Source: Synechococcales cyanobacterium T60_A2020_003 (lineage in GTDB: Bacteria > Cyanobacteriota > Cyanobacteriia > RECH01). Taken from it: a DNA stretch of 64,000 bases. Below the pieces are notes generated by a model. That model was not told where the DNA came from. It saw only the letters and a list, made by a program, of their open reading frames with translations, and did no database searches. The position numbers and the translations under genes are program-made. This document shows positions 18,776 through 28,200 of this stretch, piece after piece; position 1 is the first letter of the stretch, and the number at the start of each line of letters is the position of its first letter. Where the stretch lies: contig JACYMB010000142.1 in assembly GCA_015272205.1 (NCBI GenBank), positions 2,381 through 66,380 on the forward strand, read 5' to 3'.

Positions 18776-19999
18776 TTAGTACGGTCGGGGATAGGAACGC
18801 TGCAACGTTTGGGCCGCGTAAAGGTTTAGGGTCTGCACCACGCCACCACCGCGCTGCAGGGGCAGTTCAGCGATGGGCTGGATGGACTCAAAATACGGCT
18901 CGTAGCGAGTGGGATCTGTACGAGTTTGCCAGGTGGTGGCGACATACAGGCTATCATGACCGACCCATTCCTCGGCAGTAGACCAAAAGGCAAAGCCCCG
19001 CAGATCGTCATCCAGAACGGTCACAGGCACGTCTGAGATGGGCGCGATCGCCATTCCAACCTGACCTGCGAGGTAGATGTTGTCCGTAAATACAAAGTCG
19101 GCTTGATGGAGAGCCGCGATCGCTGTTGGAGAGGCTTGCCAGCGTTCGCGCACTTGACAAATATCAAACAGTTGCACCGAGGCATCGTTTTCGGGCGCGA
19201 GGGTCAGCCCTCCAAGGGCATATCGGCTACCCGACTGAAATAGCCCCAGATTGATATGCAATAACGCAACCACCAGCAACAGGGCGATCGCCCATCCCGA
19301 TCCCCATAACCAGCGATACACTGCACGGGGCGATCGCTGATACCACCCATCGGCATAGGTTCCCAGTAGTAACGTCGTACTCCAAAATCCTGGCATCGCC
19401 CAGGTCGGCAGAATCGGACGGTAGCCCCCCATCAGCGTGAATCCCAGGATCAACGGTAACGCTGTCCACAACACCAGTCGATGGCGGAGAGACGGCAGCC
19501 TCAGTTTCCGAAGGGGAGATAGCAGTGCCCGACCACTCACCCACCACAGCGGCACGCCAAACGTTGGAAAAAGGTAGGCAATCCCGACGAGCGCGGTGCC
19601 GAGCATGTCCCTCCAACGATAGCTGCTTTCTGGTACGGCTCGGTCTGCCTGAAACCGGAGGGAAACCCAGTCATGCTCTAGATTCCAGATCAGGATGGGA
19701 GCGATCGCCAGCAGAAACAGCCCCACACTCACCAGCATCCAGGGTGACCCCAGAACACGCCGATGCCTAGAACTCGTCAGGCAAAAACCGACGAGTCCGG
19801 CTCCCAGTAAGGCTCCATGATATTTGCTCAGACAGGCTAAACCGACCCATAGGCCCATCAGCGCAATTCGGTAGGTCGGACGATAGGACAAGGTGGACAA
19901 GGGGCGATCGCGTTCAACGCCGATCGGAAAAAACTCGGTCGCTGCCGTATATAGAGCTGCCGTCCAGAAAAAGATGAGCGGTGCATCGGGCAGGGTCAA
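18776..19999 (-). CDS. ArnT/PMT_2-like (GT-C fold) glycosyltransferase lacking the usual N-terminal ~100 aa
   Basis: Polytopic membrane ORF beginning at the ...LPDAPLIFFWTAALY segment, which normally sits about 100-130 aa into such enzymes. There is an in-frame TAG at 20066-20068 and no ATG/GTG upstream (the track start is TTG). Confidence 0.55.
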   Translation of the reverse strand: MTLPDAPLIFFWTAALYTAATEFFPIGVERDRPLSTLSYRPTYRIALMGLWVGLACLSKYHGALLGAGLVGFCLTSSRHRRVLGSPWMLVSVGLFLLAIAPILIWNLEHDWVSLRFQADRAVPESSYRWRDMLGTALVGIAYLFPTFGVPLWWVSGRALLSPLRKLRLPSLRHRLVLWTALPLILGFTLMGGYRPILPTWAMPGFWSTTLLLGTYADGWYQRSPRAVYRWLWGSGWAIALLLVVALLHINLGLFQSGSRYALGGLTLAPENDASVQLFDICQVRERWQASPTAIAALHQADFVFTDNIYLAGQVGMAIAPISDVPVTVLDDDLRGFAFWSTAEEWVGHDSLYVATTWQTRTDPTRYEPYFESIQPIAELPLQRGGGVVQTLNLYAAQTLQRSYPRPY

Positions 20000-20186
20000 A
20001 ACGCCAAACGCAACCAGAAAGATGGGAATGAGACTGGCGATCGCCAGTGACGATTTCTTGATTTTCTAAATCTTGCTGGTTGTAATGTGACCATAGGTTG
20101 AAGCGAACTGAAGCTCACGCCTTTGCGTGGGCTTCACCTGACATCATTTCGTCTTCTACCTTTGTTCCTGCAAGGGCGATCGCCCC

Positions 20187-20597
20187 TCAGTCCACCTTCG
20201 GCATATGCACCAGTTCCAGCTTGATGCCATCTGGATCGGCAAAAAATACGGCATAGTATCCTTCGGCATAGTGAGGGTATTCAGCGGGTGGATCTAGGAT
20301 TGTTGCGTTGATATCCAGTAATTGCTGATAGAGGGCATCGACCTGCTCTCGATGATCGGCATTGAACGCAAAGTGGTGGAGTCCAGGGGAGTAGCGATCG
20401 TGATGCTGATTTGGAGAATCGGGATTAGCTGTCACAATCAAAATCGCCCCTGCGGCCTGTTGCCACCACATGGTAAAGTCTTCGTTGCGTTCTACTTGCG
20501 CGTAGCCCATGAAGGTGAGAACGGCATCGTAGAATAGCTCTGATTGGTCGCGATCGCTCACGGTAATTGACAGGTGATTCATGGTGCCCAAAACCAT
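20187..20597 (-). CDS. VOC (glyoxalase/bleomycin-resistance/dioxygenase) family protein
   Basis: MNHLSITVSD...GLHHFAF...DPDGIKLEL pattern. Start placed at the ATG preceded by GGAGG. Confidence 0.75.
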   Translation of the reverse strand: MVLGTMNHLSITVSDRDQSELFYDAVLTFMGYAQVERNEDFTMWWQQAAGAILIVTANPDSPNQHHDRYSPGLHHFAFNADHREQVDALYQQLLDINATILDPPAEYPHYAEGYYAVFFADPDGIKLELVHMPKVD

Positions 20598-20690
20598 TTT
20601 TTCGCCTCCACAGAGAATCGACACCTCCAAGAACAATACACCTGTTCTAAAGATACAATCGGAATCTAGTCCCTAGCCTTGCGCCTATCC

Positions 20691-23630
20691 ATGTCCCAAT
20701 CTTCTACTCCACTCCTCGTTCTCGTCGATGGTCATTCCCTCGCCTTCCGCTCCTACTATGCCCATGCCAAAGGGCGAGATGGGGGATTACGCACCTCCAC
20801 CGGAATTCCCACCAGCGTCACCTATGGATTTCTCAAATCCATGCTGGATATGGTGCAGGCTCAAAACCCGACCCACATGGCGATCGCCTTCGATTTGGAC
20901 AAACCCACCTATCGCCACACCGCCGACGACACCTACAAAGCCGGACGCGCCGAAACCCCCGAAGATTTCATTCCCGATATTCAAAACCTTCAGGAGATTC
21001 TGGCGGCCTTCAATCTGCCCGTAGTGACTGTCGAGGGCTACGAAGCCGATGATGTGATTGGCACCCTGGCACGACGGGCGAGTAGCGAAGGGTTTCGGGT
21101 CAAGATCCTGAGTGGCGATCGCGACCTCTTTCAGTTAGTGAATGCCGATCGGGATGCGGATCAGGGCATCAGCGTTTTGTACCTCAGCAACGCCTTCAAC
21201 CGCAGTGCCACGTCTGAAGGCACAGAGTTTGGCCCGCAGCAGGTATTGGATAAGTTGGGCGTTACGCCCGAACAGGTGGTGGACTATAAAGCCCTCTGCG
21301 GTGACTCATCCGACAATATTCCGGGTGTAAAAGGAATAGGCGCAAAGACAGCCGTGGATCTCCTCAGCACCTACGGCAGCTTAGACAAAATCTATGCGTC
21401 CTTGGAGGAGATTAAGCCTGCGGTTCGCAAAAAACTCGAAGCGGACAAAGATGCCGCGATTCACTCCCAGTACATGGCGCAAATCCATCTCGATGTCCCC
21501 ATTGAGATTTCCCCCAAGGACTGCAAGCTCACCGGATTCGACAGCACAAACCTGATTCCGTTGCTGCAACGACTGGAGTTTCGCCAGTTTTTAAACCAAC
21601 TTCCCAAGCTTCAGCAGATCTTTGGCGGCGAAGTGAATACGGAACTGCTCCAGGATACCGTAGAGGATTTACAGTCAGCTTCAAATCCATCTACCTCAAA
21701 TCGAGATCGTGACGATGATGACACCTGGTTTTTCAGCGCGGAAGATACGATGGCGAGTCGGCAAGTTTCTAATGCTGCCATCTTGCCCCAAATTATTGAC
21801 ACTCCGGCTAAGCTCGCCAATCTCGTTAAGCACTTAAAGACCTGCACAGAGAGCGATCGCCCCGTTTCCTGGGACACCGAAACCACTGCCTTAGATCCCT
21901 TCAAGGCCGATCTGGTGGGCATCGGCTGCTGCTGGGGAGAGAGTCCCTCTGACCTAGCCTATATTCCCATCGGACACCACACGGGCGAGACCTTAGAAAA
22001 ATCTCTAGTTCTCAAAGAACTCAAGCCGATCCTGGAAAGTGCTGCCTATCCCAAAGTGCTCCAAAACGCGAAGTTCGATCGCCTGATTCTGCGTGCCCAA
22101 GGCATCAACTTGGCAGGCGTCGTTTTTGACACGATGCTAGCCAGCTATGTGCTGAATCCAGAGGACAGTCACAACCTTGCCGATCTGGGTCTGCGCTATC
22201 TCAACATCACTGCCAAAAGCTACAGCGACTTTGTACCCAAAGGCAAAACCATTGCCGATATGAGCGTTGAAGCAGTCGCCCACTACTGTGGCACAGACGT
22301 ATACACCACCTTCCACCTTGTCCCCCATTTGAAGGCCAAACTGGCAGACATTCCTGAATTGGATACGTTGCTTAACGCTGTAGAGCTCCCTCTAGAACCT
22401 GTGCTGGCGGAGATGGAGTATTGCGGTATTCGCATTGATCAGGAGTATCTGAAAACTTTCTCGAAACAGTTAGAGATAGATCTTCACCACCTTGAAGAAA
22501 CAGCCTATGCCGCTGCCGGAACCGAGTTTAACCTAGGCTCACCGAAACAGTTGAGTGAGCTTCTATTTGACACCCTAAATCTAGATCGCAAAAAATCCCG
22601 CAAAACAAAGACAGGCTACTCCACCGATGCCGCAACGTTGGAAAAACTCCAAGGCGATCATCCCGTGATCGATAGCATCATCGAACATCGCACCTTGGCA
22701 AAGCTGAAATCCACCTACGTGGATGCGTTGCCTGCCCTGGTTGACCCCACCACCCAACGAGTCCACACCGACTTTAATCAGGCCATTACTGCCACAGGTC
22801 GTTTATCCTCCTCCAATCCCAACCTGCAAAATATTCCGATCCGCACGGCCTTTAGTCGCCAAATTCGAGCAGCCTTTATTCCAGAACCCGGTTGGCTGCT
22901 AGCAGCGGCGGACTATTCCCAAATTGAACTGCGGATTCTGGCTCATCTCAGTCAGGAACCCATTTTACTCGACACCTACCGCAACAACGATGACGTTCAC
23001 AGCCTCACGGCAAGGCTTCTCTTTGAAAAAGAGGACATTACCTCTGAAGAACGTCGTTTAGGGAAGGTCATTAACTTTGGCGTGATCTATGGCATGGGAG
23101 CGTCTCGGTTTGCCCGGGAAGCCAACGTCAGCCGCACAGATGCTAAAACCTTTATCGATCGCTTCAACGAACGCTATCCCAACGTCTTTGCCTATCTTCA
23201 ACAGATGCAACAAGAGGCGATCGCCCACGGGTATGTTTCCACAATCCTGGGGCGGCGACGCTATTTTAACTTTACAAACAGCAAACTCAAATCATTGCTA
23301 GGCAAAGATGCCAGCACTATCGACCTCGATAAAATCAAATCTCCCGGTCAGTACGATGCCCAGCTTCTACGAGCCGCCGCCAACGCACCCATTCAAGGGT
23401 CTAGCGCCGACATTATCAAGGTGGCCATGGTGAAACTTCACGACCTGTTGCAGCATTACCAGGCACGAATGCTGCTGCAAGTCCATGATGAATTGGTGTT
23501 TGAAGTACCACCTGAGGAGTGGGATGAGTTGAAACCTAAGATTAAACAGGTGATGGAGTCAGCAGTAGATCTGACTATTCCCCTAGTTGTGGAGGTAAAC
23601 GCTGGCAAAAACTGGATGGAAACCAAGTAA
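20691..23630 (+). CDS. polA: DNA polymerase I
   Basis: 5'-nuclease (LVDGHSLAFRSYYA), 3'-5' exonuclease (WDTETT) and polymerase motifs (DYSQIELR, QVHDELVFE). Confidence 0.95.
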   Translation: MSQSSTPLLVLVDGHSLAFRSYYAHAKGRDGGLRTSTGIPTSVTYGFLKSMLDMVQAQNPTHMAIAFDLDKPTYRHTADDTYKAGRAETPEDFIPDIQNLQEILAAFNLPVVTVEGYEADDVIGTLARRASSEGFRVKILSGDRDLFQLVNADRDADQGISVLYLSNAFNRSATSEGTEFGPQQVLDKLGVTPEQVVDYKALCGDSSDNIPGVKGIGAKTAVDLLSTYGSLDKIYASLEEIKPAVRKKLEADKDAAIHSQYMAQIHLDVPIEISPKDCKLTGFDSTNLIPLLQRLEFRQFLNQLPKLQQIFGGEVNTELLQDTVEDLQSASNPSTSNRDRDDDDTWFFSAEDTMASRQVSNAAILPQIIDTPAKLANLVKHLKTCTESDRPVSWDTETTALDPFKADLVGIGCCWGESPSDLAYIPIGHHTGETLEKSLVLKELKPILESAAYPKVLQNAKFDRLILRAQGINLAGVVFDTMLASYVLNPEDSHNLADLGLRYLNITAKSYSDFVPKGKTIADMSVEAVAHYCGTDVYTTFHLVPHLKAKLADIPELDTLLNAVELPLEPVLAEMEYCGIRIDQEYLKTFSKQLEIDLHHLEETAYAAAGTEFNLGSPKQLSELLFDTLNLDRKKSRKTKTGYSTDAATLEKLQGDHPVIDSIIEHRTLAKLKSTYVDALPALVDPTTQRVHTDFNQAITATGRLSSSNPNLQNIPIRTAFSRQIRAAFIPEPGWLLAAADYSQIELRILAHLSQEPILLDTYRNNDDVHSLTARLLFEKEDITSEERRLGKVINFGVIYGMGASRFAREANVSRTDAKTFIDRFNERYPNVFAYLQQMQQEAIAHGYVSTILGRRRYFNFTNSKLKSLLGKDASTIDLDKIKSPGQYDAQLLRAAANAPIQGSSADIIKVAMVKLHDLLQHYQARMLLQVHDELVFEVPPEEWDELKPKIKQVMESAVDLTIPLVVEVNAGKNWMETK

Positions 23631-23649
23631 TGCAGGAATGTATCTCCAT

Positions 23650-23748
23650 ATATACAGCTGTTGCCAGCTAGCTTAGGACATGGACATTTTGGTGGAGCGG
23701 CGAAGCCACCCCACCAAAATGTCCTAACCGATATGGCTAGCACTATAA
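23650..23748. repeat. MITE-like hairpin repeat, family A, copy 2 (inverted relative to copy 1)
   Basis: Its reverse complement aligns with 4135-4232 at all but about 8 positions. It starts 20 nt after the polA stop. Confidence 0.75.
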
Positions 23749-23853
23749 AAGCCCAGGTTACAATGCCCAGGCTTTAGGTTCAGGCTAGAGCATGGCTCAA
23801 AATAATAGCCAACAACTCACCCAACAACTCTCACATGATTTCATTGATTCATC

Positions 23854-24525
23854 TCATAACCGAGTGATTGAAACCTTGTAGAAACCATCGTTATCTTCAT
23901 AATATCCCGGTTTTCCTACAAATCCAAAACCATCGGCAATACCGAAAAACAGACGAGTCGCTCCTTTAGGGGCTACAAATTTTTGCTGATTGCCGACTCC
24001 AGTTCCCCGCCGACCATCGCCAATGAAAAAGACCTGACCAAGTTCTGGAGAGAGCTTCTTAAATCCCGTGCCAAGCCCCGTTGGTGTAAAGTTAAGGCTC
24101 TTGGGTCGGAAGGTATCTTTCGGATTTTCGTCGCTTAGAAAAACTCCGACTAGCCCCCCCGTTGGTCCGTCATATCCACTGATCCCAGCGATTCCAAACA
24201 GACTTGTACCTTGGGGGGCACCGCCATCAGGGCCGTATCCGGCAGAGGTTCCATTAAAAAAGTCGATAGCTCCCTTTGCCTTAAACTTCAATGTTTTTCT
24301 AGGCTTGACGGGTATGGATTTTGGAAAGTTTTCTCGCAGGAAATCTGACCGTACCGTGCCATGCCTGGTTAATGGAAACGTGCTTGATGAGCTGCCTAAT
24401 GGGGGAATTGTAACATCCAGTCTTCCAGCTAGAAAAATAGCGTCTGTGCCTCTTACTTTTAAAGCTTTTGAAGCAGTGTTTCTGGCACTACGAAAAACTT
24501 GAGAATGATCTTGCAGTGTACGCAT
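23854..24525 (-). CDS. Hypothetical protein; the C-terminal half resembles PA-IL/LecA-type lectin domains (tentative)
   Basis: 223-aa ORF in an AT-richer stretch. The pattern GGLVGVFL...FFIGDG...KFVAPKGATRLFFGIADG...YEDNDGFYKVSI resembles LecA (..ALVMKIG...RWVAP...ITLIYND...Y.NNSGSFSVNI). No signal peptide is evident. Confidence 0.45.
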   Translation of the reverse strand: MRTLQDHSQVFRSARNTASKALKVRGTDAIFLAGRLDVTIPPLGSSSSTFPLTRHGTVRSDFLRENFPKSIPVKPRKTLKFKAKGAIDFFNGTSAGYGPDGGAPQGTSLFGIAGISGYDGPTGGLVGVFLSDENPKDTFRPKSLNFTPTGLGTGFKKLSPELGQVFFIGDGRRGTGVGNQQKFVAPKGATRLFFGIADGFGFVGKPGYYEDNDGFYKVSITRL

Positions 24526-24779
24526 GAAAACCTCCTGGCTTGATTCAAATAAATTGTGGATAAATTCTTAGGTAACAGCCAATTTCTTGAAGAGCTTGGG
24601 TTCCGAGGATAGCCTAAAAAGCCCTTGATGCGTAGTGACTCTCAAAATAGGTTGATGCAGGAGTGTTAAAGTCAGCTAGCGTAGATAACCCTGATTTAAA
24701 CATAACGTGAGGATTTCCAATACGTCGAAAGGTTGCAAGAATTATATAGATTAAGCCTTTAAGTCGTATTAAAATTTAA

Positions 24780-24832
24780 AATTACCAATTAACTGGCATA
24801 GAAGAGCAAAGCGTCACGTCTGTCTATGCCAG
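24780..24832 (-). terminator. Possible intrinsic terminator after the cNMP-binding gene
   Basis: 9-bp perfect stem ctggcatag/ctatgccag (24793-24801 and 24824-24832), followed on the minus strand by an A/T-rich tail (ttaattggtaatttt). Confidence 0.45.
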
Positions 24833-24858
24833 CCTGATGAGCACTATTTGAGCTATTT

Positions 24859-25233
24859 TTAGCTAATTGCTTCTTTGGCCTTGCGGAATCGATCGGAGTA
24901 GCTGCGAATCACTTCCAGGGCAAATATGGGGGAACTCTGAACGGCAAACATAAAGTGCTGTTGATCCAAGGCGGCGATTTTGCAATCCGTTTTGGCGATC
25001 GCCGTAGACGTGCGAAGCTGATCCTCATGCACCAATGCGCCGACGCCAAACACATCCCCGACTTCGAGAATCTCGATGGTTTTGCCGTTGATCTGCATCT
25101 CGACTTCACCCTCGATAATGCCAAACATGAGATCGCCCGTTTCTCCTTCTCTGAAAATGGCGTCTCCGGCTGCAAAGGTGCTGGGTTCGGAATGGCGTTG
25201 GAGAACTTGAACAGTTTGAGCGGGTTTAAGCAT
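24859..25233 (-). CDS. Stand-alone cyclic-nucleotide-binding domain protein
   Basis: 124 aa. cNMP-binding fold signature (F.+GE.GD.M+.I..G.V.+...GK....L..GD.FG..AL+....RTSTA.A). Confidence 0.75.
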   Translation of the reverse strand: MLKPAQTVQVLQRHSEPSTFAAGDAIFREGETGDLMFGIIEGEVEMQINGKTIEILEVGDVFGVGALVHEDQLRTSTAIAKTDCKIAALDQQHFMFAVQSSPIFALEVIRSYSDRFRKAKEAIS

Positions 25234-25278
25234 ACGGAATCACTTCTACATTCTGTCTACATGCTGAGTGTTATGAGC

Positions 25279-28200
25279 CTACAGTAACGGCGATAGAATT
25301 TCCAGTAGTTTGTGGGTTTGTTGGCTCCATGTCCAGTGTTGCATAAAGGCTGCGCCGCGTTGCCCAATGGTTTTGGCTTGGGAGCGATCGCCATATGCCT
25401 GCTCTAGCCGTTCCACAATTTCCTCTACCCTGGACTCGCCCCAACCATCTGTACCCGGAAACTCTTGAATAGGCTTAACTGGGCGTTGGTCACGCAGGAC
25501 GTAGCAGTGGTCGGGATTAGTGGCGATTAAATCCAAATGTCCAGTATTGGCGGAGAGAATCGTGGGTACGCCGCAGGCGAGACACTCCATTGCGGCGAGG
25601 TTGGTGCCCCCCTCCGCCCGATTCGGAAACACGGCAACATCTACTTCCCGCACCACCTGCCCTACCAGATGATTTGGAATTGCGCCTAGATCGACCACGG
25701 CCCGGGCAGGAATTCCCTGCTGCACCAGCCATTCAGTAAGTTGCAACTGTCCATTGGTGTCCATAGCGGGCAACTCTGTAACGTGTCCCGCCTGCTCCAA
25801 TCCCACCATCGTTTTCGGCCAGAAGTTATGCCATGCGGTTAATAACAGGGCATCGGGATGGCGGGCTTGGAAGATGCGGAAGGCAGCCACTACCAGATCT
25901 TGACCTTTGCGGTACTCCAACTTGCCACCGGAAAAGATCACAAAGCGATCGCCAAATAGACGGTTACTCGGTGCCGGATGAAAAATAGCCGGATCAATCC
26001 CCTGAAAGACGGTTCGCACATTTGTACAGCCGTAACTCCGCAATACTTCATCATTCCAACGCGATCCGGTCACGATCAGGTCATAGCTTTGGGCACGGGC
26101 GATCGCCTCTGGACTAAGCTGCGTATTTTCAAAGAAAATCACGCCCACGTTCGAGCGTCCCGAAATGCGCTCCAGATCGGGAGAGGTACGGACTTGATTG
26201 CCCAATCCGCGCAAGAGCAGGAAATTCCCCGTTACTCCGTCAGGCTGCTGCTTCAGCGTTTCCGCAATTTTCTGTTGATAGGCAAAGAAAGGACGAATCA
26301 GCGTCCAGTGCAGCGGATTGAAGGAGGCCGACGGAACCCGCATCGGTGGGAGTAGAGGGACAGGAGCATACCCTGCCTTGAGCAGTTGGAGGGCTAAGTT
26401 CATGCCATACACGCCCCATCCTGTTGCTGGAGTGATCTGCCATCCGAGAGCGATGAGTTGGGCGGGAGGTGAAGGGGGGGAGGGGGGGAGAGGTGAAGAG
26501 GTGGGGAAGTGAGATTGGAGGGCGTTCAGTACAGATTGGATGACGGATTGCAAGTGGCCGGGTTGGAATTGCCGGAAGAGGCGGGCGGTGGGATACCAGG
26601 GGCTATCCTCGCGATCGAGCATCCATCGCCAGTCGGGGGCATAGGAGAGCAGTACCCACACGGGACGCCCCAAGGCTCCGGCGAGATGGGCGACGGAGGT
26701 ATCGACGGTCACGATCAGATCAAGTTGGTTCAGGATGGCGGCGGTGTCGGCAAAGTCACCCAGGAGCGATCGCCCATCCTGAAGCTGTCCGGCTTGGATT
26801 GCGGCTTGTACCAGCGCTTCCTCCTCTGGACGCACTTCCTTTTGCAGACAGATAAATTCAATGGAATCCACTTCAAGGAGAGGTTGGATGTCCTGAAAGC
26901 GTACACTGCGGCGGCGATCGTTCATATTGCCGGGACTTCCCGCCCACACGATCCCCACCCGTGGGCGTCCCGTTTCGGACAGCGGCAATCGAGGAGCATC
27001 TGGAGCCGTGAGGTAGGGAATCTGGGCGGGAACGCTGTCTAGGGTGGTGCCGAACCGGTGGGGGAGGCTCATGATCGGGGCATGAACGTCGAAGTCGGGC
27101 AGCGTTGCGCCGCGCGGCACACACTGGGCGATCGCCTCCATTGACGCTAACAGTCTCACTAAGGGCTGCTGACACTCGACAACGACCCGTCCACCGCGCT
27201 GCACAATCAGCGGCGCATAGCGGATAAATTGGATGGTGTCGCCAAAGCCCTGCTCGGCATGGAGCAGAATGGTTTGACCATCCAGATCACCGCCATCCCA
27301 TTGGGGTTGTGGAAACACTCGCGCGGGTTTGAAGTTTGGCCCTTTCACGAGCCATCGCCATTCGTATTCCCGAAATCCGGCGGCTAAATCTCCAGCTTGC
27401 AACAGGGACAGCCCCATGTTGAGATGACCATCGGGATAGTCGGCGCGGAGGGCGATCGCCTTTTGATAGGTTGCAATGGATTCGTCCAGTTGATTACGTT
27501 CAAATAGCACCAATCCCAAGTTGTTGTAAGCCGCAGGATAGTCGGGACGGAGGGCGATCGCCGTTTCGTAAACGCGAACAGCATCCTCCAGGCGATCCTG
27601 CTCTTTATAGTTATTGCCGAGGTTGTAGTACGCATCGGCATAGGTTGGCTGAAGTTGGATCGCGTGCTGATAGGCCACCACGGATTCCTCAACCCGACCC
27701 AACTCTTGCAGCGCCGCACCTAAGTTGTTGAAGAAAGCGGGATCGGTCTTACGCAGGGCGATCGCCCGACGGTAGCACTCTATAGCCAGGTCAAACTTTT
27801 TCAGTCGTTGCAGCGTGTTGCCCAGATTATTCAACACGTCAGGATTTTTGGGATTTTGGGCGATCGCTTTCTGAAACCACGCGATCGCTTTTTCGTACTG
27901 CTCCTGCTGATGATAGACACTGCCCAGACCGTGCATCGCATCTACGAGCCCTGGCTGTAATTCCAACGCTTTCTGATAATGGGCGATCGCCTCCTCTAGC
28001 TGCCCCTGCTGACGGCATAGATTTGCCAGATTATTGTGGGCTTCGGGATAGTTGGGGCGATGTTCAAGGGCTTGCTGATAGGATGCGATCGCCTCTGTGG
28101 GACGATTCAACGCCCGAAATGCCGTGCCGAGATTGTTGTAATTTCGCACATCACTCGGATTCAGGGCGATCGCCTGCTGATAGGATGCGATCGCCCCGTC

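Noticed and set aside
20112-20137. Hairpin gaagctcacgc-cttt-gcgtgggcttc between the VOC gene and the truncated glycosyltransferase, considered as a terminator.
   Set aside because: There is one mismatch in the stem and no T-tract on the minus strand, which is the direction of both flanking genes. The evidence is too weak to annotate.
26509-27042. Long ORFs antisense to, or in alternative frames of, real genes. Examples: 26509-27042 (+), 33123-33683 (+), 31224-31742 (+), 31320-31799 (-), 40409-40900 (+), 24068-24502 (+), 58152-58604 (-), 10180-10587 (-).
   Set aside because: They lie entirely inside well-supported genes with recognisable domains on the other strand or frame. Their translations are Arg/Pro/Gly/Ser-rich with no motifs, which is typical of shadow ORFs in GC-biased coding DNA.
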